From assembly GCF_009914755.1 (NCBI RefSeq), contig NC_060931.1: 64,000 nucleotides of DNA. The stretch is one strand, 5' to 3'. Of the stretch, positions 22,651 to 36,500 are shown in pieces. Below the pieces are notes generated by a model. That model was not told where the DNA came from and did no database searches. It saw nothing but the letters and a program-made list of their open reading frames with translations. Positions within the stretch are counted from its first letter, which is position 1. Every line of letters starts with the position of its first letter. The stretch comes from the human T2T-CHM13v2.0 reference genome, Homo sapiens. The position numbers were made by a program, and so were the translations under genes.

Positions 22651-25600
22651 GTGGAAATTTGCACCTCTTTGAGGCCTTCGTTGGAAACGGAATTTCTTCA
22701 TATAATGCTAGACAGAAGAAATCTCAGTAACTTCTTTGTGTTGTGTCTACTCAACTCCCAGAGTTGAACCTTTCTTTAGACAGAGCAGATTTGAAACACT
22801 CTTTTTGCGGAATTTTCAGGTGGAGGTATCAAGCGCTTTGAAGCCAGTGGTAGAAAAGGAAATATCTTCATATAAAAACTAGACAGAATCATTCTCAGAA
22901 AATACTTTGTGATGTGTGCGTTCAACTCACAGAGTTTAACCTTTCTCTTCATAGAGCAGTTGGGAAACACTCTGTTTGTAAAGTCTGCAAGTGGATATTT
23001 GGACCTCTTTGAGGCCTTCGTTGGAAACGGGAACTCTTCATACAAAACTAGACAGAAGAATTCTGAGAAACTTCTTTGTGATGTGTGCATTCAACTCACA
23101 GAGTTGCACCTTACTTTCGAGAGAGCAGTTTTCAAACATTCTTTTGGTAGAACTTTCAAGTGCATACTTAGAGTGCTTTGAAGCCAATGGTAGACAATGA
23201 AATATCTTCACGCAAAAACTAGACAGAATCATTCTCAGAAACCACGTTGTGATCTGTGCGTTCAACTCACAGAGTTTCACCTTTCTTTCCATAGAGCAGT
23301 TTTGAAACACACTGTTTGGAGAATTTGCAAGGGTGTATTTAGAGGACTTTGAGGACTATGGTAGAAAAGGATATATCTTACCATAAAAACTAGACAGAAG
23401 CATTTTGAGAAAATAACTTGTGATGTTTGCATTCAACTCACAGAGTTCAACTTTCCTTTTGAAAGAGCGGTTTTGAAACATCCTTTTTGCAGAATCTGCA
23501 AGTGGTTATATGGACCTCTTTGAGGCCTTCGTTGGAAAAGGGAATTCTTCATATGATGCTAGACAGAATAATTCTCAGGAAATTCTTTGTTTGTGTGTAT
23601 TCAGCTACAAGAGTTGAAACTTCCTTTAGACAGAGCAGATTTGAAACACACTTTTTGTGGAATTTTCAGGTGGAGATTTCAAGCGCTTTGAGGCCAATGG
23701 TAGAAAAGGTAATATCTTATTTAAAACCTAGACAGAATCATTCTCAGAGACTAATTTGTGATGTGTGCATTCAACTCACAGAGTTTAACCTTTCTTTTCA
23801 TAGAGCAGTTTGGAAACACTCTGTTTGTAAGTCTGCAAGTGGATATTTGGACCTCTGTGTGGCCTTCGTTGGAAACGGGATTTCTTCATATAATGCTAGA
23901 CAGAAGAATTCTCAGTAACTTCTTTGTGTTGTGTGTATTCAAGTCACAGAGTTGAACCTTCCTTTAGACAGAGCAGATTTGAAACAATCTTTTTGTGGTA
24001 TTTGCAATAGAAGATTTCAAGCACTTTGTGGCCAATGGTAGAAAAGGAAATATCTTTGTATAAAAACTAGACAGAATCATTCTCAGAAATTTCTTTGTGA
24101 TGTCTGCATTCAAACTCACAGAGTTTAAACTTTTCTTTCATAGAGCAGTTTGGAAAAAGTCTGCAAAGTCTGCAAGTGGATATTTGGAACTCTTTGTGGC
24201 CTTCGTTGGAAACGGGATTTCTTCATATAATGCTAGACAGTAGAATTCTCAGTAACTTCTTTGTGTTGTGTGTATTCAACACACAGAGATGAATCTTCCA
24301 TAAGACAGAGCACATTTGAAACACTCTTTTTGTGGAATTTGCAAGTGGAGATTTCAAGCGATTTGAGGACAATCATACAAAAGGAAATATCTTCAAATAC
24401 AAACTAGACAGAATCATTCCCAGAAAGTACTTTGTGATGTCTGCACTCAACTCACTGAGTTTAACCTCTCTTTTCATAGAGCAGTTTGGAAACACTATGT
24501 TAGTAAAGTCTGCAAGTGGATATTTGGACCTCTTTGAGGCCTTCTTTGGAAACGGGATTTCTTCATATAATACTAGACATAAGAAATGTCACTAACTTCT
24601 TTTTGTTGTGTATATTCAACTCACAAAGTTGAACCTTGCTTTAGACAGATCAGAATTGAAACACTCTTTTTGTGGAATTTGACAGTGGAGATTTCAAGCG
24701 CTTTGAGGCCAGTGGTAGAGAAGGAGATACCTTCTTATGAAAACTAGACAGAACCATTCTCAGGAACTACTCTGTGAAGTGTGCCTTCAACTCACAGAGT
24801 TTAAACTTTCTTTTCATAGAGAAGTATGGAAACACTCTGTTTGTAAAGACTGCAAGGGGATATTTGGAACTCTTTGAGGCCTTCGTTGGAAAGTGGATTA
24901 ATTCATATAATGCTAGGCAGTAGACTTCTCAGTAACTTCTTTGTGTTGTGTGTATTCCACTCACAGAACTGAACCTTCCTTTAGACAGCAGATTTCAAAC
25001 ACTCCTTTAGAGGAATTTGCAAGTGGAGATTTCAAGCGCTATGAGGCCAATGGCAGAAAAGGAAATACCTTCATATAAACACTATACAGAATCATTCTCA
25101 GAAACTTCTTTGTGATGAGTGCGTTCCACTCACATAGTTAAACTTTTCTTTTCATAGAGCAGTTTAGAAAGAATGTTTCTAAAGTCTGCAAGTGGATATT
25201 TGGACCTCTATGAAGATGTCGTTGGAAATGGGATTTCTTCATATATTACTAGACAGAAGAATTCTCAGTAACTTCTTTGTGTTGTGTGTATTCAACTCAC
25301 AGATATGAACATTCATTTAGACAGAGCAGAATTGAAACATGCTTTTTGTGAAATTTGCAAGTGGAGATTTCAAGCAACTTTTGGCCAATGGTAGAAAAGG
25401 AAATATCTTCGTATAAAAACTAGACAGAATCATTCTCAGAAACTGCTTTGTGACGTGTGCTTTCAACTCACATAGTTCAACCTTTCTATTCATAGAGCAG
25501 TTTGGAAACACTCTGTTAGTAAAGTCTGCAAGTGGATATTTGGACCTCTTTCAGGCCTTCGTTGGAAACGGGATTTCTTCATATAATGCTAGACATAAGA

Positions 25601-26990
25601 ATTCTCAGTAACTACTTTGTGTTGCATGTATTCAACTCACAGAGTTGAAACTTGCTTTAGACAGATCAGAATTGAAACACTCTTTTTTTGGAATTTGCAA
25701 GGGGAGATTTGAAGGGCTTTGAGGACACTGAAAGAGAACGAGATATCTTCTTGTAAAAAGTAGACAGAATCATAATCATAAACTACTTTGTGATGTGTGG
25801 GTTCGACTCACAGAGTTTAACCTTTCTTTTCATAGAGCAGTTTGGAAACACTCTATTTGTAAAGTCTGCAAGTGGATATTTCGTCCGCTTTGAGGCCTTC
25901 GTTGGAAACGGGATTCCTTTATATAATGCTAGACAGAAGATTTCTCAGTAACCTCTTTGTGTTGAGTGTATTCAACTCACAGATTGGAACGTCCCTTTAC
26001 ACAGAGCAGATTTGAAACACTCTTTTTGTGGAATTTGCAATGGGAGATTTTAAGCGCTTTGGGGCCAATGGTAGAAAAGGAAATATCTTCGTATAAAAAT
26101 TAGACAGAATCATTCTCAGAAACTACTTTGTGACGTGTGCGTGCAACTCACATAGTTTAACCTTTCTTTTCATAGAGCAGTTTGGAAACAGTCTGTTTGT
26201 AATGTCTGCAAGTGCATATTTGGACCTCTTTCAGGCCTTCGTTGGAAACGGTATTTCTTCATTTAATGGTAGACAGAAGAATTCTCAGTAACTTATTTGT
26301 ATTGTGTGTATTCAACTCACAGAGTTGAAACTTGCTTTAGAGAGAGCAGATTTGAAACACACTTGCTGTGGAATTTTCATTTGGAGATTTCAAGTGATTT
26401 GAGGACAATTGCAGAAAAGGAAATATCTTCGTATAAAAACCAGACAGAATCATACTCAGAAAGTGCTTTGTGATGTGTGCGTTGAACTCAGAGAGTTTAA
26501 ACTTTTCATAGAGCAGTTTGGAAACACACTGTTTGTAAAGTCTGCAAGTGGATATTTGGACATGTTTGAGGCCTTCGTTGGAAACGGGATTTTTTCATAT
26601 AATGCTAGACAGAAGAATTCTCAGTAAATTCTTTGTGTTGTGTGCATTCAACTCACACAGTGGAACGTCCCTTTAGACAGAGAAGATTTGAAACACTCTT
26701 TTTCTGGAATTTGCAAGTGGAGATTTCAAGCAATTTGATGCCAACAGTAGAAAAGGAAATATCTTCAAATAAAAACTAGACAGAATCATTATCAGAAAAT
26801 TCTTTGTGATGAGTGCGTTCAGCTGACATAGTTAAACCTTTCTTTTCATAGAGCAGCTTGGAAAAGCACTGTAAAATCTGCAAGTGGATATATGGACAGT
26901 TTTGAGGCATTAGATGGAAACGGGATTTCTTCATTTAATGCTAGACAGAAGAATTCTCAGTAATTTCTTTGTGTTGAGTGTATTCAAGTC
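22651..26990 (+). repeat. Divergent dimeric SF1/SF01-like alpha satellite (relic layer, no clear HOR)
   Basis: Alternating CATTCTCAGAAA...GGCCTTCGTTGGAAACGGGATTTCTTCATATAATGCTAGACAGAAG and AATTCTCAGTAACTTCTTTGTGTTGTG...GAGATTTCAAGCGCTTTGAGGCCAATGGTAGAAAAGG monomers with a ~340-bp period and many private substitutions. Confidence 0.88.
23016..23032 (+). other. First intact CENP-B box in the window
   Basis: CTTCGTTGGAAACGGGA matches NTTCGNNNNANNCGGGN. The earlier copy at 22676-22692 has CGGA instead of CGGG. The box position then recurs about every 340 bp to the window end. Confidence 0.95.
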
Positions 26991-29900
26991 ACAGAGTGGA
27001 ATGTCCCTTTAGACAGAGCAGATTTGAAACACTCTTTTTGTGGAATTTGCCAGTGGAGATTTCAAGCGATTTGATGCCAACAGTAGAAAAGGAAATATCT
27101 TTAAATAAAAACCAGACAGAATTATTCTCAGAAACTACTTTGTGATGTGTGCCATCAACTCATACAGTTTAACCTTTCTTTTCTTAGAGCAGTTTAGAAA
27201 CACTCTGCTTGTAATGTCTGCAAGTGGATATTTGGACCTCTTTGAGGCCTTCGTTGCAAACGGGATTTCATCATTTAATGCTAGACTAAGAAGAGTTCTC
27301 AGTGACTTTTTTGTGTTGTGTGTATTCAACTCACATTGTTGAAACTTGCTTTAGAGGGAGCAGATTTGAAACACTCTTGCTGTGGAATTTTCAGGTGGAG
27401 ATTTCAAGCGATTTGAGGACAATTGCAGAAAAGGAAATATCTTCGTATAATAACCAGACAGAATCATTCTCAGAAAGTGCTTTGTGATGTGTGCATTCAA
27501 CTCACAGAGTTTAGACTTTCTTCTCATAGAGCAGTTTGGAATCACACTGTTTGTAAAGTCTGCAAGTGGATATTTGGACCTGTTTGAAGCCTTCGTTGGA
27601 AACGGGATTTTTTCATATAATGCTAGACGGAAGAATTCTCCCCAAATTCTTTGTGTTGTGTGCATTGAACTCACAGAGTGCAACGTCCCTTTAGACAGAG
27701 CAGATTTGAAACACTCTTTTTGTGGAATTTGCAAGTGGAGATTTCAAGCGATTTGATGCCAACAGTAGAAAAGGAAATATCTTCAAATAAAAACTAGACA
27801 GAATCATTCTCAGAAAATTCTTTGTGATGTGTGTGTTCAACTCACATAGTTTAACCTTTCTTTTCATAGAGCAGTTTGGAGACTCTCCGTCTGTAAAGTC
27901 TGCAAGTGGATATATGGACCGCTTTGAGGCCTTCCTTGGAAACGGGATTTCTTCATTTCATGCTAGACAGAAAAATTCTCAGTAACTTCTTTGTGTGGTG
28001 TGTATTCAACTCACAGAGTGGAATGTCCCTTTAGACAGAGCAGATTTGAAACACACTTTTTGTGGAATTTGCATGTGGAGATTTCAAGCGATTTGATGCC
28101 GGCAGTAGAAAAGGAAACATCTTCAAATAAAAACTAGACAGAATCATTCTCAGAAATTACTTTGAGATGTGTGCCTTCAACTCACTGAGTTTAACCTTTC
28201 TTTTCTTAGAGCAGTTTAGAAACACTCTGCTTGTAATGTCTGCAAGTGGATATTAGGACGTCTTTGCGGCCTTCGTTGCAAACGGGATTTCTTCATTTAA
28301 TGCTAGACTAAGAAGAGTTCTCAGTAACTTTTTTTTGTTGAGTGTATTCAACTCACAGTGTTGAACCTTGCTTTAGAGAGAGCAGACTTGAAACACTCTT
28401 GCTGTGGAATTTTCAGGTGGAGATTTCAAGCGATTTGGGGAAAATTGCAGAAAAGGAAATATCTTCTTATAAAAACCAAACAGAATAATTCTCAGAAAGT
28501 ACTTTGTGATGTGTGCGTTCAAGTCACAGAGTTTAACCTTTCTTTTCATAGAGCAGCTTGGAAACACACTGTTTGTAAAGTCTGCAAGTGGATATTTGGA
28601 ACTGTTTGAGGCCTCCTTTGGAAACGGGATTTTTTCATTTAATGCTAGACGGAAGAATTCTCAGTAAATTCTTTGTGTTGTGTGCATTCAACTCACAGAG
28701 TGGAACGTCCCTTTAGACAGAGCAGATTTGAAACACTCTTTTTCTGGAATTTGGAAATGGAGATTTCAAGCCTTTTGATGCCAACAGTAGAAAGGGAAAT
28801 ATCTTCAAATAAAAACTAGACAGAATCATTCTCAGAAAATTCTTTGTGATGTGTGCGTTCAACTCACAGAGTTTAGCCTTTCTTTTCATAGAGCAGTTTG
28901 GAAACACTCTGTTTGTAAAGTCTGCAAGTGGATATATAGACTGCTTTGAGGCCTTCGTTGGAAACGGGATTTCTTCATTTCATGCTAGACAGAAGAAATC
29001 TCAGTAATTTCTTTGTGTTGTGTGTATTCAACTCACAGAATGGAACGTCCCTTTAGACAGAGCAGATTTGAAACACTCTTTTTGTGGAATTTGCAAGTGG
29101 AGATTTCAAGCGATTTGATGCCAACAGTAGAAAAGGAAATATCTTTAAATAAAAACTAGACAGAATTATTCTCAGAAACTACTTTGTGATGTGTGCCATC
29201 AACTCATCGAGTTTAACCTTTCTTTTCTTAGAGCAGTTTAGAAACACTCTGCTTGTAATGTCTGCAAGTGGATATTTGGACCTCTTTGAGGCCTTCGTTG
29301 CAAACGGGACTTCTTCATTTAATGCTAGACTAAGAAGAGTTCTCAGTGACTTTTTTGTGTTGTGTGTATTCAACTCACATTGTTGAAACTTGCTTTAGAG
29401 GGAGCAGATTTGAAACACTCTTGCTGTGGAATTTTCAGGTGGAGATTTCAAGCGATTTGAGGACAATTGCAGAAAAGGAAATATCTTCGTATAAAAACCA
29501 GACAGAATCATTCTCAGAAAGTGCTTTGTGATGTGTGCATTCAACTCACAGAGTTTAGCCTTTCTTCTCATAGAGCAGTTTGGAATCACACTGTTTGTAA
29601 AGTCTGCAAGTGGATATTTGGACCTGTTTGACGCCTTCGTTGGAAACGGGATTTTTTCATATAATGCTAGACGGAAGAATTCTCCCTAAATTCTTTGTGT
29701 TGTGTGCATTCAACTCACAGAGTGGAACCTCCCTTTAGACAGAGCAGATTTGAAACACTCTTTTTGTGGAATTTGCAAGTGGAGATTTCAAGCGATTTGA
29801 TGCCAACAGTAGAAAAGGAAATATCTTCAAATAAAAACTAGACAGAATCATTCTCAGAAAATTCTTTGTGATGTGTGCGTTCAACTCACATAGTTTAACC

Positions 29901-32900
29901 TTTCTTTTCATAGTGCAGTTTGGAGACACTCCGTTTGTAAAGTCTGCAAGTGGATATATGGACCGCTTTGAGGCCTTCGTTGGAAACGGGATTTCTTCAT
30001 TTCATGCTAGTCAGAAAAATTCTCAGTAAGTTCTTTGTGTGGTGTGTATTCAACTCACAGAGTGGAACGTCCCTTTAGACAGAGCAGATTTGAAACACTC
30101 TTTTTGTGGAATTTGCATGTGGAGATTTCAAGCGATTTGATGCCAGCAGTAGAAAAGGAAACATCTTCAAATAAAAACTAGACAGAATCATTCTCAGAAA
30201 TTACTTTGAGATCTGTGCCTTCAACTCACAGAGTTTAACCTTTCTTTTCTTAGAGCAGTTTAGAAACACTCTGCTTGTTATTTCTGCAAGTGGATATTAG
30301 GACGTCTTTGAGGCCTTCATTGCAAATGGGATTTCTTCATTTAATGCTAGACTAAGGAGAGTTCTCAGTAACTTTTTTGTGTTGTGTGTATTCAACTCAC
30401 AGTGTTGAACTTTGTTTAGAGAGAGGAGATTTGAAACACTCTTGCTGTGGAATTTTCAGTTGGAGATTTCAAGCGATTTGAGGACAATTGCAGAAAAGGA
30501 AATATCTTCGTATACAAACCAGACAGGATCATTTTCAGAAAGTGTTTGTGATGTGTGCGTTCAACTCACAGTGTATAGCATTTCTTCTCATAGAGCAGTT
30601 TGGAAACACACTGTTTGTAAAGTCTGCAAGTGGATATTTGGACCTGTTTGAGGTCTTCGTTGGAAACGTGATTTCTTCATTTCATGCTAGACAGAAGAAT
30701 TCTCAGTAAATTCTTTGTGTTGTGTGTATTCAACTCACAGATTGGAACGTCCCTTTACACAGAGCAGATTTGAAACACTCTTTTTCTGGAATTTGCAAAT
30801 GGAGATTTCAAGCGATTTGATGCCAACAGTAGAAAGGGAAATATCTTCAAATAAAAACTAGACAGAATCATTTTCAGAAAATTCTTTGTGATGTGTGCGT
30901 TCAGCTCACATAGTTTACCTTTCTTTTCATAGAGCAGTTTGGAAACACACTGTAAATCTGCAAGTGGATATATAGACAGTTTTCAGGCATTCGTTGGAAA
31001 CGGGATTTCTTCCTTTAATGCTAGACAGAAGAATTCTCATTAACTTCTTTGTGTTGTGTGTATTCAACTCACAGAGTGGAACGTCCCTTTAGACAGAGCA
31101 GATTTGAAACACTCTTCTTGTGGAATTTGCAAGTGGAGATTTCAAGCGATTTGGTGCCAACAGTACAAAAGGAAATATCTTCAAGTAAAAATTAGATAGA
31201 ATCATTCTCAGAAACTACTTTGTGATGTGTGCCTTCAACTCACAGAGTTTAACCTTTCTTTTCTTAGAGCAGTTTAGAAACACTCTGCTTGTTATGTCTG
31301 CAAGGGGATATTTGGACCTCTTTGAGGCCTTCGTTGCAACCCGTATTTCTTCATTTAATGCTAGACTAATTAGAGTTCTCAGTAACTTTTTTGTGTTGTG
31401 TGTATTCAACTCACAGATTTGAACCTTTCATTATAGAGAGCAGATTTGAAACACTCTTGCTGTGGAATTTTCAGGTGGAGATTTCAAGCGATTTGAGGAC
31501 AATTGCAGAAAACGTAATATCTTCGTATAAAAACCAGACAGAATCATTCTCAGAAAGTGCTTTGTGATGTGTGCTTTCAACTCACAGAGTTTAACATTTC
31601 TTTTCATACAGCAGTTTGGAAACACACTGTTTGTAAAATCTGCGAGTGGATATTTGGACCTCTTTGAGGCCTTCATTGGAAATGGGATTTTTTCATATAA
31701 TGCTAGACGGAAGAATTCGATTTGATGCCAACAGTAGAAAAGGAAATATCTTCAAATAAAAACTAGACAGAATCATTCTCAGAAACTACTTTGTGATGTG
31801 TGCCTTCAACTCACAGAGTTTGACCTTTCCTTTCTTATAACAGTTTAGAAACACTCTGCTTGTTATGTCCGCAAGTGGATATTTGGACCTCTTTGAGGCC
31901 TTCGTTGCAAACGGGATTCCTTCATTTAATGCTAGACTAAGAAGAGTTCTCAGTAACTTTTTGTGTTGTGTGTATTCAACCCACAGAGTTGAAACTTGCT
32001 TTAGAGAGGGCAGATTTGAAACACTCTTGCTGTGGAATTTTAGCTGGAGGTTTCAAGCGATTTGAGGACAATTGCAGAGAAGGAAATATCTTCGTATAAA
32101 AACCAAACAGAATCATTCTCAGAAAGTGCTTTATGATGTGTGCGTTCAACTCACAGAGTTTAACGTTTCTTTTCACAGAGGAGTTTGAAAACACACTGTT
32201 TGTAAAGTCTGCAAGTGGATATATGGACCTGTTTGAGGCCTTCGTTGGAAACGGGATTTTATCATATAATGCTAGACGGAAGAATTCTCATTAACTTTTT
32301 TGTGTTGTGTGTTTTCAACTCACAGAGTGGAACGTCCCTTTAGACAGAGCAGATTTGAAACACTCTTTTTGTGGAATTTGCAAGTGGAGATTTGAAGCGA
32401 TTTGATGCCAACAGTAGAAAAGGAAATATCTTCAAATAAAAACTAGACAGAATCATTCTCAGAAACTACTTTGTGATGTGTGCCTTCAACTCACAGAGTT
32501 TAACCTTTCTTTTCTTAGAGCAGTTTAGAAACTCTCTGCTTGTATTGTCTGCAAGTGGATATTTGGATCTCTTTGAGGCCTTCATTGCAAACGGGATTTC
32601 TTCATTTAATGCTAGACAGAAAAATTCTCAGTAACTTCTTTGTGTTGTGTGTATTCAACTCACAGAGTGGAACGTCCCTTTACGCAGAGCAGATTTGAAA
32701 CACTCTTTTTGTGGAATTTGCAAGTGGAGATTTCAAGCGATTTGATGCCAGCAGTAGAAAAGGAAATATCTTCAAATAAAAACTAGACAGAATCATTCTC
32801 ACAAAATTCTTTGTGAAGTGTGCTTTCAGCTCACATAGTTCAACCTTTCTTTTCATAGAGCAGTTTGGAAACACACTGTTTGTAAAATCTGCAAGTAGAT

Positions 32901-33550
32901 ATATGGACCGCTTAGAGGCCTTCGTTGGAAACGGGATTTCTTCATTTAATGCTAGACAGAAGAATTCTCAGTAACTTCTTTGTGTTGTGTGTATTCAACT
33001 CACAGAGTGGAACGTCCCTTTAGACAGAGCAGATTTGAAACACTCTTTTTGTGAATTTGCAAGGGGAGATTTCAAGCGACTTGATGCCAACTGTAGAAAT
33101 GGAAATATCTTAAATAAAAACTAGACAGAATCATTCTCAGAAACTACTTTGTGATGTGTGCCTTCAACTCACAGAGTTTAACCATTCTTTTCTGAGAGCA
33201 GTTTAGAAACACTCTGCTTGTAATGTCTGCAAGTGGATATTTGGAACTCTTTGAGGCCTTCGTTGCAAACGGGATTTCTTCATTTATTGCTAGACTAAGG
33301 ATAGTTCTCAGTAACTTTTTTGTGTTGTGTGTATTCAACACACAGTGTTGAACTTTGCTTTAGAGAGAGGAGATTTGAAACACTCTTGCTGTGGAATTTT
33401 CAGTTGGAGATTTCAAGCGATTTGAGGACAATTGCAGAAAAGGAAATATCTTCGTATAAAACCAGACAGAATCATTCTCAGAAAGTTTTTGTGATGTGTG
33501 CGTTCAACTCACAGAGTTTAGCATTTCTTCTAATAGAGCAGTCTGGAAAC
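26991..33550 (+). repeat. Diverged edge copies of the SF1 6-mer HOR
   Basis: The diagnostic GCTAGACTAAGAAGAGTTCTCAG marker first appears at ~27280 and recurs at ~1022-bp steps. Copies carry many SNPs, and monomer order becomes irregular after ~31700. Confidence 0.85.
31713..31730 (+). other. 111-bp intra-monomer deletion junction GAATTC|GATTTGATGCC (copies at 34322, 41019, 44652, 47263)
   Basis: An intact monomer has 111 bp between GAATTC (e.g. 36933-36938) and the C of CGATTTGATG (37049). This agrees with the marker step 39508->41779 = 2271 = 1022+1360-111. Confidence 0.92.
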
Positions 33551-36500
33551 ACACTGTTTGTAAAGTCTGCAAGTGGATATTTGGACCTCTTTGAGGCCTT
33601 CGTTGCAAACGGGATTTCTTCATTTCATGCTAGACTAAGAAGAGTTCTCAGTAACTTTTTTGTGTTGTGTGTATTCAACTCACAGAGTTGAACCTTGCTT
33701 TCGAGAGAGCAGATTTGAAACACTCTTGCTGTGGCATTCTCAGGTGGAGATTTCAAGCGATTTGAGGACAATTGCAGAAAATGAAATATCTTCGTATAAA
33801 AACCAGACAGAATCATTCTCAGAAAGTGCTTTGTGATGTGTGCATTGAAAACACAGAGTTTAGCCTTTCTTTTCATAGAGCAGTTTGGAAAAACTCTGTT
33901 TGTAAAGTCTGCAAGTGGATATATGGACCGCTTTGAGACCTTCTTTGGAAACGGGATTTCTTCGTTTAATGCTAGACAGAAGAATTCTCAGTAACTTCTT
34001 TGAGTTGTGTGTATTCAACTCACAGAGTTGAACCTTGTTTTAGAGAGAGCAGATTTGATATACTCTTGCTGTGGAATTTTCAGGTGGAAATTTCAACCGA
34101 TTTGAGGACAATTGCAGAAAAGCAAATATCTTCGTATAAAAACCAGACAGAATCATTCTCAGAAAGTGCTTTGTGATGTGTGCGTTCAACTCACAGAGTT
34201 TAACCTTTCTTTTCATAGAGCAGTTTGGAAACACACTGTTTGTAAAATCTGCAAGTGCATATTTGGACCTCTTTGAGGCCTTCATTGGATATGGGATTTT
34301 TTCATATATTGCTAGACGGAAGAATTCGATTTGATGCCAACAGTATAAAAGGAAATATCTTCAAATAAAAACTAGACAGAATCATTCTCAGAAAATTCTT
34401 TGTGATGTGTGCGTTTAGCTCACATAGTTTAACCTTTGTTTTCATAGAGCAGTTTGGAAACACACTGTTTGTAAAATCTGCAAGTGGATAAAAGGACCGC
34501 TTTGAGGCATTCGTTGGAAACGGGATTTCTTCATTTAATGCTAGTCAGAAGAATTCTCAGTAAATTCTTTGTGTTGTGTGCATTCAACTCACCGAGTGGA
34601 ACGTCCCTTTAGACAGAGCAGATTTGAAAACCTCTTTTTGCGGAATTTGCAAGTGGAGATTTCAAGCCATTTGATGCCAACCGTAGAAAGGGAAATATCT
34701 TCAAATAAAAACTAGACAGAAAAATTCTCAGAAAATTCTTTGTGATGTGTGCGTTCAACTGGCATAGTTTAACCTTTCCTTTCATAGAGCAGTTTAGAAA
34801 CACTCTGTTTGTAATGTCTGCAAGTGGATACATGGACCTCTTTGAGGACTTCGTTGGAAACGGGATTTCTTCATTTTATGCTAGACAGAAGAATTCTCAG
34901 TAACTTACTTGTGTTGTGTTTATTCAACTCACAGAGTGGAACGTCCCTTTACACAGAGCAGATATGAAACACTCTTTTTCTGGAATTTGCAAGTGGAGAT
35001 TTCAAGCGATTTGATGCCAACAGTAGAAAAGGAAATATCTTCAAATAAAACCTAGACAGAATCATTCTCAGAAACTACTTTGTGATGTGTGCCTTCAACT
35101 CACAGTGTTTAACCCTTCTTTTCTTAGAGCAGTTTAGAAACACTCTGCTTGTAATGTCTGCAAGTGGATATTTGGACCTCTTTGAGGCCTTCGTTGCAAA
35201 CGGGATTTCTTCATTTCATGCTAGACTAAGAAGAGTTCTCAGTAACTGTTTTGTGTTGTGTGTATTCAACTCACAGTGTTGAACCTTTCTATAGAGAGAG
35301 CAGATTTGAAACACTCTTGCTGTGCAATTTTCAGGTGGAGATTTCAAGCGATTTGAGGACAATTGCAGAAAAGGAAATATCTTCGTATAAAAACCAGAGA
35401 GAATCATTCTCAGCAAGTGCTTTCTTATGTGTGCGTTCAACTCACAGAGTTTAACCTTCCTTTTCATAGAGCAGTTTGGAAACACACTGTTTGTTATGTC
35501 TGTAAGTGGATATTTGGACCTGTTTGAGGCCTTCTTTGGAAACGGGCTTTTTTCATATAATGCTAGATGGAAGAATTCTCAGTAAATTCTTTGTGTTGTC
35601 TGCATTCAACTCACAGAGTGGAACGTCCTTTTAGACAGAGCAGATTTGAAACACTCTTTGTCTGGAATTTGCAAATGGAGATTTCAAGCGATTTGATGAC
35701 AACAGTAGAAAAAGAAATATCTTCAAATAAAAACCAGACAGAATCATTCTCAGAAAGTGCTTTGTGATGTGTGCGTTCAACTCACAGAGTTTAACCTTTC
35801 TTTTCATAGAGGAGTTTGGAAACACACTGTTTGTAAAGTCTGCAAGTGGATATATGGACCTGTTTGAGGTCTTCGTTGGAAACGGGATTTCTTCATTGAA
35901 TGCTAGACGGAAGAATTCTCAGTAAATTCTTTGTGTTGTGTGCATTCAACTCACAGAGTGGAACGTCCCTTTAGACAGAGCAGATTTGAAACACTCTTTT
36001 TGCGGAATTTGCAAGTGGAGATTTCTAGCCATTTGATGCCAACGGTAGAAAGGGAAATATCTTCAAATAAAAACTAGACAGAATCATCCTCAGAAAATTC
36101 TTTGTGATGTGTGCGTTCAACTCACATAGTTTAACCTTTCTTTTCATAGACAAGTCTGGAAACACTCTGTTGGTAATATCTGCAAGTGGATATATGGACC
36201 GCTTTGAGGACTTCGTTGGAAACGGGATTTCTTAATTTCATGCTAGACAGAAGAATTCTCAGTAACTTCTTTGTGTTGTGTGTATTCAACTGACAGATTG
36301 GAATATCCCATTACATAGAGCAGTTTTGAAACACTCTTTTTGTGGAATTTAAAAGTGGAGAATTCAAGCGATTTGATGCCAACAGTTGAAAAGGAAATAT
36401 CTTCAAATAAAAACTAGACAGAATCATTCTCAGAAAATTCTTTGTGATGTGTGCGTTCAGCTCACATGGTTTAACCTTTCTTTTCATAGAGCAGTTTCGA

